A stretch of DNA of 57,985 nucleotides, from IMG/VR virus record IMGVR_UViG_3300010397_000011, positions 1 through 57,985 of that record, one strand, 5' to 3'. Shown piece after piece: positions 38,213 to 46,107 of the stretch. The DNA is from a virus (Duplodnaviria; Caudoviricetes). The notes under the pieces were generated by a model. The model made no database searches. It saw only the letters and a list, made by a program, of their open reading frames with translations, and was not told the DNA's origin. Position numbers and translations under genes: made by a program. Position 1 is the first letter of the stretch, and each line of letters opens with the position of its first letter.

Positions 38213-38728
38213 TCAAGCGAGGGTGTCGGTGGAGGGGTCGTACGTCGTGGAGCCCACGACTTCGAACATCGGGGCTCGGACGATGGGCTCGAATCGGTTC
38301 GGGTACAGCCGCTTCACTTCGGCCTCAGCCTCGGCCCGTGTCGCGTGGGTCGCGATGTGCAACTTCCTCCACACAACCCTGGTCGAGGAGAGCCGACCCG
38401 ACGCGTACCACGCGGCGGTCTCGTCGTCGTCGTCTCGGCCGAGGATCTTCACTGCTCGCACCGTGGTCTCGGTGGCGGCGCGGACTTGCATCGGGTTGCG
38501 CCGCACCTCCTCTTCCCGATGCTTGCTCGCCGTCATCAGGCCGACGAGGAGGACGTGGACTTCACGCTTCGTCAGGACCAGGGGCTCACGGGTTGAGTAG
38601 TCCGCGATCCACACGACCCACCGCTGGGCTCCCGACCTCGTGGTGCGCGGGAACCACTGGTCGATCTGCCCCGCGTCCACCGCTAGGTCCAGTCCGTTGC
38701 TTACAGATTCGTTCGTCAGATTCGGCAT
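38213..38728 (-). CDS. Hypothetical early protein
   Basis: AGGAGAGAGACCATGCC start motif. Confidence 0.65.
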   Translation of the reverse strand: MPNLTNESVSNGLDLAVDAGQIDQWFPRTTRSGAQRWVVWIADYSTREPLVLTKREVHVLLVGLMTASKHREEEVRRNPMQVRAATETTVRAVKILGRDDDDETAAWYASGRLSSTRVVWRKLHIATHATRAEAEAEVKRLYPNRFEPIVRAPMFEVVGSTTYDPSTDTLA

Positions 38729-38738
38729 GGTCTCTCTC

Positions 38739-39215
38739 CTATCGGTTGCGCCGCTGTGCTGCGCGGCGGGCTTTCGCGTCTGCTGCCACTCTGTCCTTGC
38801 GGTTCTGAATCATCGCGGCGGCCTCCTCGGCCACTGCCCTGAACGCGTCATCGACCGAGACCTCCTCGTCTCCGATGAACGCACGGATCGAGGTGATCTC
38901 CCCGCTGTCGATGTCCCGCTCAAGGGAGTCGAGGGCGTCAGCCTTCGCGGCCCGCTCGACGAGGGACCGAAGGATGCGGTGCTCCCTCGCCAGGTTCTGC
39001 CGCTCTGCCGCGAACGCCGCGGCCTCAGCCGCGTGCCGGGCAATGAATGCGGGGTCGGTGGTGATGTTGAACCCGCCCTCGACTTCGGTGAGGGTGCGCT
39101 CGGCAATGCTGATGACCTCTCGGAGCTCCCGCTTCAGGGAGTCCTCGCTCGCCGCTTGCTCGGTCGCCATTGCGTCGAGCCGTTCGGCAATCAGTCGGTC
39201 GGTGTTGGTCGTCAT
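38739..39215 (-). CDS. Helical hypothetical early protein
   Basis: 158 aa with RBS GAAAGGA. Confidence 0.65.
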   Translation of the reverse strand: MTTNTDRLIAERLDAMATEQAASEDSLKRELREVISIAERTLTEVEGGFNITTDPAFIARHAAEAAAFAAERQNLAREHRILRSLVERAAKADALDSLERDIDSGEITSIRAFIGDEEVSVDDAFRAVAEEAAAMIQNRKDRVAADAKARRAAQRRNR

Positions 39216-39228
39216 GGTCGTTGTCCTT

Positions 39229-39306
39229 TCAGAACAGGTTGCCCACCACGATGTGGTGGACGAGGTGGACGGTCAGGGCCAGGCGGTGCAGGGCGCACTG
39301 AAACAT
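39229..39306 (-). CDS. Possible 25-aa leader peptide
   Basis: GGAGAG RBS, MFQCALHRLALTVHLVHHIVVGNLF; stop overlaps the RBS of the next gene. Confidence 0.35.
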   Translation of the reverse strand: MFQCALHRLALTVHLVHHIVVGNLF

Positions 39307-39309
39307 TGG

Positions 39310-39763
39310 TGCTCTCCGATCGGGTGGTCGTGGTCGTGGTCGTGGTCTCTGTCGTGGAGTGGAAGCACTCCGTGCGAGGCACCGACTGGGCGCAGCACAC
39401 GGTCACTGGGAATCGGGGCTCTCTTGTTTCAGCCCATCTGCCGGTCGCCCGGTTTCTTCTCCGTCCCTACGTGTGCTGCACCCAGCCGATGCCCCGAGGC
39501 GCAGGGCTTCACTGGTGTTGCAGCGGGAGTGTCGTGACGTTCGGGGTCACACACACTCTCGACTTGCTCGACTCCGCCCCTCACGGGACTTCGGGTAACA
39601 CGTGCACCCCGTCGCTCGGCTGCACTTCCCCGGACCTCCTGCACTTCGGCTCAGCCCTTGCATCACGCTCGGCCTTCGCAGGTCCCAGTCCGCTCTCAGT
39701 AGGTGGACTTCCCTTTGGGGGCTCCATCCCTACCTACCTCTTTAGTTTTCAAGGTTCTTTACC
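39310..39763 (-). ncRNA. Large structured leader/ncRNA containing extended motif copy D (39356-39503)
   Basis: No credible ORF; many nested stems, GNRA loops (CCC-GUGA-GGG, CCGG-GCGA-CCGG) and G-U pairs on the minus strand. Confidence 0.68.
39741..39757 (-). promoter_or_regulatory. boxA-like antitermination element
   Basis: GAACCTTGAAAACTAAA resembles the Gram-positive rrn boxA (GTTCTTTGAAAACT); just downstream of the predicted start site. Confidence 0.55.
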
Positions 39764-39769
39764 CCCCTA

Positions 39770-39798
39770 AAGGTAGGGTCGGGGCTGGGGCGATGCCA
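39770..39798 (-). promoter_or_regulatory. Putative sigmaA-type early promoter
   Basis: TGGCAT-17 nt-TACCTT. Confidence 0.5.
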
Positions 39799-39995
39799 CC
39801 ACAGACGCACATCCCGAGGACTTTGTTTGGCAGCAGCTGCCGAAAGTTCGCGGCGCTCTGAGCAGGGGAAACGACCCAAAACGCCCAGCCCAGGGAGACC
39901 AACTTGACAGTTATCGGCGCCAGCGGAGAGCGGCTACAACTTGGCAGCCGCTGCCGAGAGCGACGAGCCCGGCAGATAGCGGGTGCTGTCTTTAA

Positions 39996-40478
39996 TCAGA
40001 CCGGAGTGAGGACCGCGGCGAGGAGCCCGCGCAGCGCGTCCATGTCGACGGCCCACGCCGCGCACGCGAGCGCGGACGTCGGCCAGTCGTCGTGCTTCCC
40101 GTAACCGATGATCGGCACGTCACGCTCGACCATCACGCTGGCCTCTTGCATCGTGCCGTCCGAGCCGGGGAGCACCACGCCGACCTCGGCCACTGACCCG
40201 ACGAGCGCGTTGCGAAACGGGATCGTCAGGCCCGTGCGGAGTGCGATCGACAGTCCGCTCGACGGCGGCTGATACGGAGACGCGGGGATCAGTCCGATCG
40301 CGAGCCCACCGACCGACGTCGCTCCTCGAGCAGCCGCGTCCATCACGCCGCCGAGCCCGCCGCACACGAGGGCCAGGTCGTCGCGCTCACCGACCACTCG
40401 GCCGACGTCGTACGCGTCGAGCTCTATCTCAGGGGGGCAGTTCTTCCCCTTGCCGATCACGCACACGACGCGCCTCAT
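39996..40478 (-). CDS. LOG/SLOG-family (TIGR00725-like) nucleotide phosphoribohydrolase
   Basis: CVIG, LVCGGLGGVMDAAARGA...GG..IGLIP, RNA and PGSDGTMQE motifs. Confidence 0.85.
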   Translation of the reverse strand: MRRVVCVIGKGKNCPPEIELDAYDVGRVVGERDDLALVCGGLGGVMDAAARGATSVGGLAIGLIPASPYQPPSSGLSIALRTGLTIPFRNALVGSVAEVGVVLPGSDGTMQEASVMVERDVPIIGYGKHDDWPTSALACAAWAVDMDALRGLLAAVLTPV

Positions 40479-40744
40479 GCGAGACACCCTGCGTGGCTGA
40501 GGAGCGCGTAGCAGAACGCGAACGTGAGTACCTCTTTGCGGATGCGAGGATCGTCGAGCGGGACTCCCTCCGCGCTCATGGCGGTGATCTTGTCAGAGCA
40601 CTTCGTCTGGATGATGGCGAGCACGGCCGCCTCGACGCCAGCGTCAGCAATCGCGGACCAGGCTTGCACCGGGCCGTGGATGTGCAGCGTGCATCCCTGC
40701 ACGCTCTGCCTCAGCCGATCGGCAAGGGCCTCGGCGTCAGGCAC
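40475..40744 (-). CDS. Small hypothetical protein in the modification operon
   Basis: Overlaps the folE stop and the LOG start. Confidence 0.55.
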   Translation of the reverse strand: MPDAEALADRLRQSVQGCTLHIHGPVQAWSAIADAGVEAAVLAIIQTKCSDKITAMSAEGVPLDDPRIRKEVLTFAFCYALLSHAGCLA

Positions 40745-41372
40745 CGAACACGTGAGGCTTCGAGGTGGCGAGGGACTGGAACTCCCGCCGCCACGGGTCA
40801 TCGCGCAGGATGCCCCGATACCCGGTGACGACGACGACCTCCTGGCTCGGCGCGTTGGACTTGCAGATCAGACACATGTGGATCGACGCGAGGGAGAGCG
40901 CGACGCCCTTCGGTTCGAGCACCGCTTCGAGCGCGTCGAGGGTGTCGACGAGCAGACGCTCGTTCAACTGCGGCTGGCGTGCGAGGTAGTTCAGTCCCTT
41001 CTTCACCTTCGAGTACCCCGTGATCTTCTGGTCGGGCACGTACGCGAAGTGGGCCACGCCGAGAGCGGGCATCAGGTGGTGCTCGCACATCGACACGTAG
41101 TGGCAGTCCGTCACGGTGATGAGGACGTCGTCCTTCGCTGGGTTCGGGAACGTCTTCCACGGGATCTCGATGTCGCACCACGCCGCGTTGATGATGTCGC
41201 CGTACATCTCCGCGATGCGCCGTGGAGTGTTCGCCATCACCTCGGCCTTGTCGGACTGGCCGAGCCCTTGAAGCAGCAGGGTCACGCCACGCTCAAGCGT
41301 GTCGAGGTCGACCGGCTTCGGCGGGAGCGGCGCGCCGACGGGGGCGTGGTCGTTGTTCGTGACGGTGGTCAT
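40737..41372 (-). CDS. folE: GTP cyclohydrolase I (divergent)
   Basis: TPRR, SMCEHHLMP and HMC Zn ligands; SK and ERL present. Confidence 0.92.
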   Translation of the reverse strand: MTTVTNNDHAPVGAPLPPKPVDLDTLERGVTLLLQGLGQSDKAEVMANTPRRIAEMYGDIINAAWCDIEIPWKTFPNPAKDDVLITVTDCHYVSMCEHHLMPALGVAHFAYVPDQKITGYSKVKKGLNYLARQPQLNERLLVDTLDALEAVLEPKGVALSLASIHMCLICKSNAPSQEVVVVTGYRGILRDDPWRREFQSLATSKPHVFGA

Positions 41373-42143
41373 TCAGGTTCCTTTCACCATTGCGTCGAGG
41401 GTGTCGGTCCAGAGTTGACGTCGAGCCATGACGGCCGCGACCGCGGCGCGCCGGGCTGACGTCCAGTCCTCCTCGGTTTCGCACACGGCCTCGACCAGCC
41501 CGCGGGCCAGCGGCCCGTGGCTCTCACCGTCGAGTTCGATGTGCCTGTCGAGGTAGTGGCGCAGGGTCGCGCCACCGTTGCTGAGCCCAGCGAGGAGGGG
41601 CTCGAACATGGCGGGGATCAGTTGCTCGCGTCCGAGCGTGAACGCCGCGGCGATGGCGGGCAGGTTGCCCGTGCCGATGATCCCGAACGTGGTCGTGAGG
41701 AACCGCTCGGCGCCCGGCGGTGCGCCGAACTTCCGTGCGATGCGGGGCACCTCGGGGAGATGCCACTGCTGGCCTGGCGCGTGGAGGTGGCGAAGGGTCG
41801 CGTCGATGGCGGTGAGGTTCGCACCGGCCTCGACCATCGCCAGCCGGTACATCGACACGTGGTCGATGAACCCCTCGCCGTAGGTGTCGCACTCCTCGCC
41901 GGTCTTGATCTCGTTCACGAAGCGGGCCGCGGCCGGCGACCGTGACGGGAGCCACGGGACGGACGTGCACGTCGTGCGCAGCTGCAACGCAGTGAGCAGA
42001 GACATGAAGTCCCACACGGCCCACACGTGGTGCTCCATGAACAGGCGCAGGCGGGGCAGGGAGTCGAGCGCGTAGTAGAGCGGGTGCCCGACCACCTCGG
42101 CGCGTGTCGGTGCGACCGCTTCGGCCAGGTCGTCGAACGTCAC
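41373..42143 (-). CDS. DUF3050 heme-oxygenase-like diiron protein
   Basis: HPLY, FMEHHVWAVWDFMSLL, NEIKTGEECD, AAAFTLGRE and YLDRHIELDGESHG motifs. Confidence 0.88.
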   Translation of the reverse strand: MTFDDLAEAVAPTRAEVVGHPLYYALDSLPRLRLFMEHHVWAVWDFMSLLTALQLRTTCTSVPWLPSRSPAAARFVNEIKTGEECDTYGEGFIDHVSMYRLAMVEAGANLTAIDATLRHLHAPGQQWHLPEVPRIARKFGAPPGAERFLTTTFGIIGTGNLPAIAAAFTLGREQLIPAMFEPLLAGLSNGGATLRHYLDRHIELDGESHGPLARGLVEAVCETEEDWTSARRAAVAAVMARRQLWTDTLDAMVKGT

Positions 42144-43030
42144 GCCGCTGCCCTCCGTTCGGCCAGGACCTGCACCGCGTTCTGTGGGAGGTCGAACCCG
42201 CCGCCGCTCACCGCGTACATCCGCAGGCCGGGTTCGTCGTCGGGCCTGTCGGCGCGCACGACGGGGCCGTGCCGTTCACGTGCCCACGCCTCGACCTCGC
42301 TGTAGGTCGCGAGGCCCAGCGCGTCACGCACGGGCAACGGTGGCCCGCCGCGTCGGCCGCCGTACAACTCGCGTGGCTCGAACCCGAGGCGGCGCAGGAG
42401 ACGGCCGTGCTTCGCCATGCTCACGTTGTCACCGATGCGGACCTGCTCGCTCCGTCCCGTCGTGGAGTCGAACAGCGGGTAGTAGCCCCAGCGTCGACCG
42501 GCCAGCCACGACGAGGAGTCCACGCTGTAGAGCGGGAGCCCGCCGAGCACCGCGTCACCCGTCGCGCCGAGCCCGTGCCACACGATCTCGCTGCCCTTCA
42601 CCCGCATCATCGAGTCGACCATCCACCGCATACACACCGACGGCGGGACACCCGTGCCAGCCATCCCACCGAGACAGCCGTACGGGTACTCGGCCGCGAT
42701 CTTGCGCAGCACCTTCGGGTCCTCGTCGCGCATGTGGTAGACGGGCAGCACCGCGCAGCCCAGCCGTTCGAGCGTGCGCTGGTTCGCCATCGTCCCTTTC
42801 GAGTTGCCGATGACGTCGAGGTTGCACGCCGCGCTGAACAGGTGCTCCCACTTGTGGAGCCAGGCCGCGTACTCGTCGCACGTGATGACCGCGCCCTTCG
42901 TCATCGCTGAGTAGGCGCCCGAGTCCGCCCACATGTCGGGAGGCTCCCCGTCGATCGAGCAGCGGCGCGCGAACTCGTCGAGGTCGTGGTCGCGGTAGTA
43001 CCAGTACGAGAGCAGCAGCCGAACCCTCAC
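42140..43030 (-). CDS. dpdA: DpdA-like DNA guanine transglycosylase (TGT fold)
   Basis: LLSYWY, DSGAYS, LDVIG, PVYH, LGG, HGLG and SVDSSSW motifs. Confidence 0.82.
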   Translation of the reverse strand: MRVRLLLSYWYYRDHDLDEFARRCSIDGEPPDMWADSGAYSAMTKGAVITCDEYAAWLHKWEHLFSAACNLDVIGNSKGTMANQRTLERLGCAVLPVYHMRDEDPKVLRKIAAEYPYGCLGGMAGTGVPPSVCMRWMVDSMMRVKGSEIVWHGLGATGDAVLGGLPLYSVDSSSWLAGRRWGYYPLFDSTTGRSEQVRIGDNVSMAKHGRLLRRLGFEPRELYGGRRGGPPLPVRDALGLATYSEVEAWARERHGPVVRADRPDDEPGLRMYAVSGGGFDLPQNAVQVLAERRAAA

Positions 43031-43656
43031 GACGTCAGCGCCTCAGCCTTTGCTACGTCGTCGGCGCCCTCGAGTGAGGACCACCACGCGTTCATCCGGT
43101 CGAGGAGGTGGGGCGGGAGACGCAGGCGGAACGCGGGCCACGCGTCGGCGGGGTCGTGCTTGCCGACCTTGTCCGCGAGGTCGTCGAGGATCGGCGGTGC
43201 GATCGACAGGCGCAGGTCGTCGAGGTCCATCGCCGTGAACCCGATCGCCTCGCCGTACTTCTCCACGAGGTCGTCGAGCGCGTCGGCCAACGTGCCCCGC
43301 TCCCACACTCCCTCACCGACACGGTTCAACGCGATGCCCGCGGCCTCGGCGTGCGCGTCGTCGACAGACGCCCAGCCGACAACGACGGGTGTGCACCACC
43401 GCCCGTCGATGATGCGCAGCGAGTCGTCGGCCAGGAACGGTGACGGGTCCGCGTCGTGGAGCTCTGCGTCGAGGAGATGGTCACGTCGGCCGTGGCCGCT
43501 GACGATCATGCCCGTGCGGTCGTCGAGCACGACGGGCTCGATCCACCCGAACGCGTCGACGGACTTCTCCATCGCTTCGGCGTCGTGGCCCTTCGCGTTG
43601 CGTGGCGCGGACACGAGGTCAGCGACGGGTAGGTAGACGATCCGCCGTTCGGCCAT
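43027..43656 (-). CDS. ParB-like N-terminal domain protein (DNA-modification associated)
   Basis: PRNAKGHD..M.KSV..FGWIEPVV...IVSGHGR; ALNR..E..WE. Confidence 0.82.
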   Translation of the reverse strand: MAERRIVYLPVADLVSAPRNAKGHDAEAMEKSVDAFGWIEPVVLDDRTGMIVSGHGRRDHLLDAELHDADPSPFLADDSLRIIDGRWCTPVVVGWASVDDAHAEAAGIALNRVGEGVWERGTLADALDDLVEKYGEAIGFTAMDLDDLRLSIAPPILDDLADKVGKHDPADAWPAFRLRLPPHLLDRMNAWWSSLEGADDVAKAEALTS

Positions 43657-43668
43657 TGGGCGGGAACC

Positions 43669-45306
43669 CTAGCCCCGACGCTTGCGCTGGGCGATGTGCC
43701 TGTCGAGCGCGTCGGACAACTCGCCGGCCGTCCAGTTCGGGTCGATGCGCAGGCGCCACTTCAACGCGGCCGCGATCTGCCGGTCGCTCGGTTCGCGGTG
43801 TCGCCACGGCGCGTCGAGGCTGACGAGCGCGCCGACGTTCTGCTTGCGGATGAAGTCCTCGGCCACGCCCTGCGCGGTTTCGAGTGCGACGTCCGCGATC
43901 AGGGTCTTCGGTCGTCCCTCGTGCGGGGCCACCTCCGCGATCCAGCCCCTGATGTCGTGGCGCACCACGACGCGGGGTCGGTTCTTCCCGCCGAGCGACC
44001 GTTCGTAGGAGACGACGTTGCCGGTGCGCCGATCGGTGATCCGCACCCACGCGATGCCCGTCCCTCGCAACTGCCTGAACATGTCGGCCTCGACCGCGGT
44101 GAGCCTGCCCAGCGCGACCAGTCTGTCGTCGCGTTCCTGAAGCACAACGCTCAGCGGTGTCGTCTCGGCCCGCTTGCGGTCCTCCTCCTCCTCGATCCCG
44201 AACAGCGACGGCACCGTGACGAGGGAGTGGGCGAGCGTGGCACCGACGACATCGAGGACCAGCAGGTCGTCCTTCTCGGGATGACGGCGCGTGCCACGGC
44301 CGACCATCTGCGCGTACAACGCGCGGCTCTTCGTCGGGCGGGCCACGACGATGCAGTCCGTGCGCGGGTCGTCGTACCCCTCGGTGAGCACCGCGCAGTT
44401 CGCGAGCACCTGCACCTCGCCGTTCGCGTACTGGCGAAGCAGAGCCCGCCGCTGGTCGAGCGGGGTCTCGCCCGACACCCACTCGGCTCGCACGCCGCAC
44501 CGCACGAAGTAGTTCGCGACCATCGCCGCGGTCGCGACGGTCGGGGTGAACACGAGGGTCTGCCTGTCCGACGCGTGCTGACGCCACGCGCGGTAGACGA
44601 ACTGGTCGACGTTGCCGTCCTCGAGTGCGGCGCCGACCTGGCCCTGGTCGTAGTCACCGTGCCGTGTGCGCACCGACCCGAGGTCGAGGCTGTCCATGTG
44701 GACGCGCAGCCCGCGCACGTCAGCGAGGTACCCGGCGCGGATGCCCCACAGCATGTCGGCCGTGAACGTGATCTCGTCGAACAGGTCGTCGAGGCCCTTG
44801 CCGTCGCCACGGTCGGGTGTCGCGGTCACGCCGAGGAGGAGCGGGCCGTTCACCTTCCCTGCGCCGAACGCGTCGAGCACACGGCGGTACGTCGCGGCCG
44901 CGGTGTGGTGGGCCTCGTCGACGACGACGAGGTTGAACAGCGGGGTCGCCGCCAGCCGTGCAAGCCGTGGCTGACGAGCGAGGGTCTGCACGGAGGCGAC
45001 GACCACCTGACTGTGAACGTAGTCGAGGTCTGCCTTGACGATCCCGACATCCACGCCGGGCCACACCTCGCGCACCTTCGCCGCGGCCTGCGCGACCAAC
45101 TCGTCGCGGTGGGCGAGGATCAGCGTGCGACCTCCTCGCCGCTCGGCCAGCGCCGCGAAGATGATGGTCTTGCCGAGCCCGGTCGCGGCGACGACCAACT
45201 GCTTGCGGCACCCGCGTTCCTCGGCAGCCGCGATGCGGTCGAGCGCGTCGACCTGGTAGTCGCGCAACTCGAAGCGCACGTGCGGTCCGAACGTCAGCGT
45301 GCTCAC
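43669..45306 (-). CDS. SF2 DEAD/DEAH helicase
   Basis: LRDYQ, ATGLGKT, DEAHH, TATP, LTEGYD and QMVGRG motifs. Confidence 0.93.
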   Translation of the reverse strand: MSTLTFGPHVRFELRDYQVDALDRIAAAEERGCRKQLVVAATGLGKTIIFAALAERRGGRTLILAHRDELVAQAAAKVREVWPGVDVGIVKADLDYVHSQVVVASVQTLARQPRLARLAATPLFNLVVVDEAHHTAAATYRRVLDAFGAGKVNGPLLLGVTATPDRGDGKGLDDLFDEITFTADMLWGIRAGYLADVRGLRVHMDSLDLGSVRTRHGDYDQGQVGAALEDGNVDQFVYRAWRQHASDRQTLVFTPTVATAAMVANYFVRCGVRAEWVSGETPLDQRRALLRQYANGEVQVLANCAVLTEGYDDPRTDCIVVARPTKSRALYAQMVGRGTRRHPEKDDLLVLDVVGATLAHSLVTVPSLFGIEEEEDRKRAETTPLSVVLQERDDRLVALGRLTAVEADMFRQLRGTGIAWVRITDRRTGNVVSYERSLGGKNRPRVVVRHDIRGWIAEVAPHEGRPKTLIADVALETAQGVAEDFIRKQNVGALVSLDAPWRHREPSDRQIAAALKWRLRIDPNWTAGELSDALDRHIAQRKRRG

Positions 45307-45662
45307 GGTTCCTCCCGTGCGTGTAGTTGTCGGGTCTCGAAGATGCCGTCGAGGTCGGGCTCGTGCAGCATGATGAGCCGCGCGTAGTACGACGTGTAGT
45401 TGTTGTTCAACTTGAAGTCGTCGCCTCCGGTGCGCAGCGCGACGTTCCACCGCAGCACCTCGAACAGCATCTTCATGCCGATGCGTCGCACGCCGCGCGC
45501 GTGGGCCTGGCGGGCGAGCGCGACCAGTTCCCGGTACACGTGCGGGTTGTCTTGGTGGAACGCGAGGAACGCCTGCTCGATCGTCAGTCCGTCAGGCGGG
45601 CCGACGTGCCCGGTCGGGTAGTCCACGACGGGGTACGAGGCGAAGTCCAGTTGCTCGTTCAC
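45303..45662 (-). CDS. Conserved phage hypothetical protein
   Basis: FHQDNPHVY...FEVLRW...FKLNNNYTSYYAR. Confidence 0.65.
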   Translation of the reverse strand: MNEQLDFASYPVVDYPTGHVGPPDGLTIEQAFLAFHQDNPHVYRELVALARQAHARGVRRIGMKMLFEVLRWNVALRTGGDDFKLNNNYTSYYARLIMLHEPDLDGIFETRQLHAREEP

Positions 45663-45883
45663 GTGCGCTCGACGTTCAACGTCCACTGCTGCCCGACGAG
45701 GGCCCCGGTCTCGGGGTCGTACACGTACAGGATCGTCATGCCGTGGATCGGGTTGTTGGCGAGGATGTTCACGTCGCCAGCCGGAAGGCGCTGGCCCTTG
45801 CGGTCGTGGACCGATTGCACGAAGTGCCCTTCGGTCTCGATCTCACGCATCGGGTGGAACTCGGTACGGCGCTCGACGGTCAT
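45659..45883 (-). CDS. Hypothetical protein
   Basis: Coupled 74-aa ORF. Confidence 0.55.
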   Translation of the reverse strand: MTVERRTEFHPMREIETEGHFVQSVHDRKGQRLPAGDVNILANNPIHGMTILYVYDPETGALVGQQWTLNVERT

Positions 45884-46107
45884 GCGGTGGACTCCTTCAG
45901 CGGGGTGTCACGGTCGGGGCGCAGCGCCAGTGAGACCGCGCCCTCCGACACACCGGCAGCCTGCGCGATCAGCCGGAGCGGGATGCCCTTCGCTCGGGCC
46001 TGCGCGTACAGCTTCCGTCGTACGTTGAACTCGGCGCGTTGCGTGCGCTCGATCTGCGCGAGCCGCAGGCGCGACTCTCGGATCTTGGTGAGCACGGGGT
46101 CTTTCAC
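45880..46107 (-). CDS. Small HTH DNA-binding protein
   Basis: ARAKGIPLRLIAQAAGVSEGAV. Confidence 0.68.
   Translation of the reverse strand: MKDPVLTKIRESRLRLAQIERTQRAEFNVRRKLYAQARAKGIPLRLIAQAAGVSEGAVSLALRPDRDTPLKESTA

Noticed and set aside
39324-39347. GACCAC x4 tandem repeat, or the four intergenic motifs, as a CRISPR array
   Set aside because: No repeat-spacer periodicity and no cas genes; the motifs are separated by whole genes
36383-39503. Repeated motif as an HDV-like or hammerhead ribozyme
   Set aside because: CCUCG resembles the HDV L3 loop, but covariation pairs these bases in a simple hairpin and no P1/P2 pseudoknot is evident; no CUGANGA/GAAA core is present
39904-39940. TTGACA as the -35 of a plus-strand promoter
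   Set aside because: No TANNNT at 16-19 bp spacing and no downstream plus-strand gene
40737-41372. folE as a folate auxiliary metabolic gene
   Set aside because: It is embedded in the dpdA operon and no other folate genes are present
43027-43656. ParB as a plasmid-prophage partition system
   Set aside because: No ParA is present; it is the ParB-N type coupled to dpdA, as is usual in DNA-modification loci
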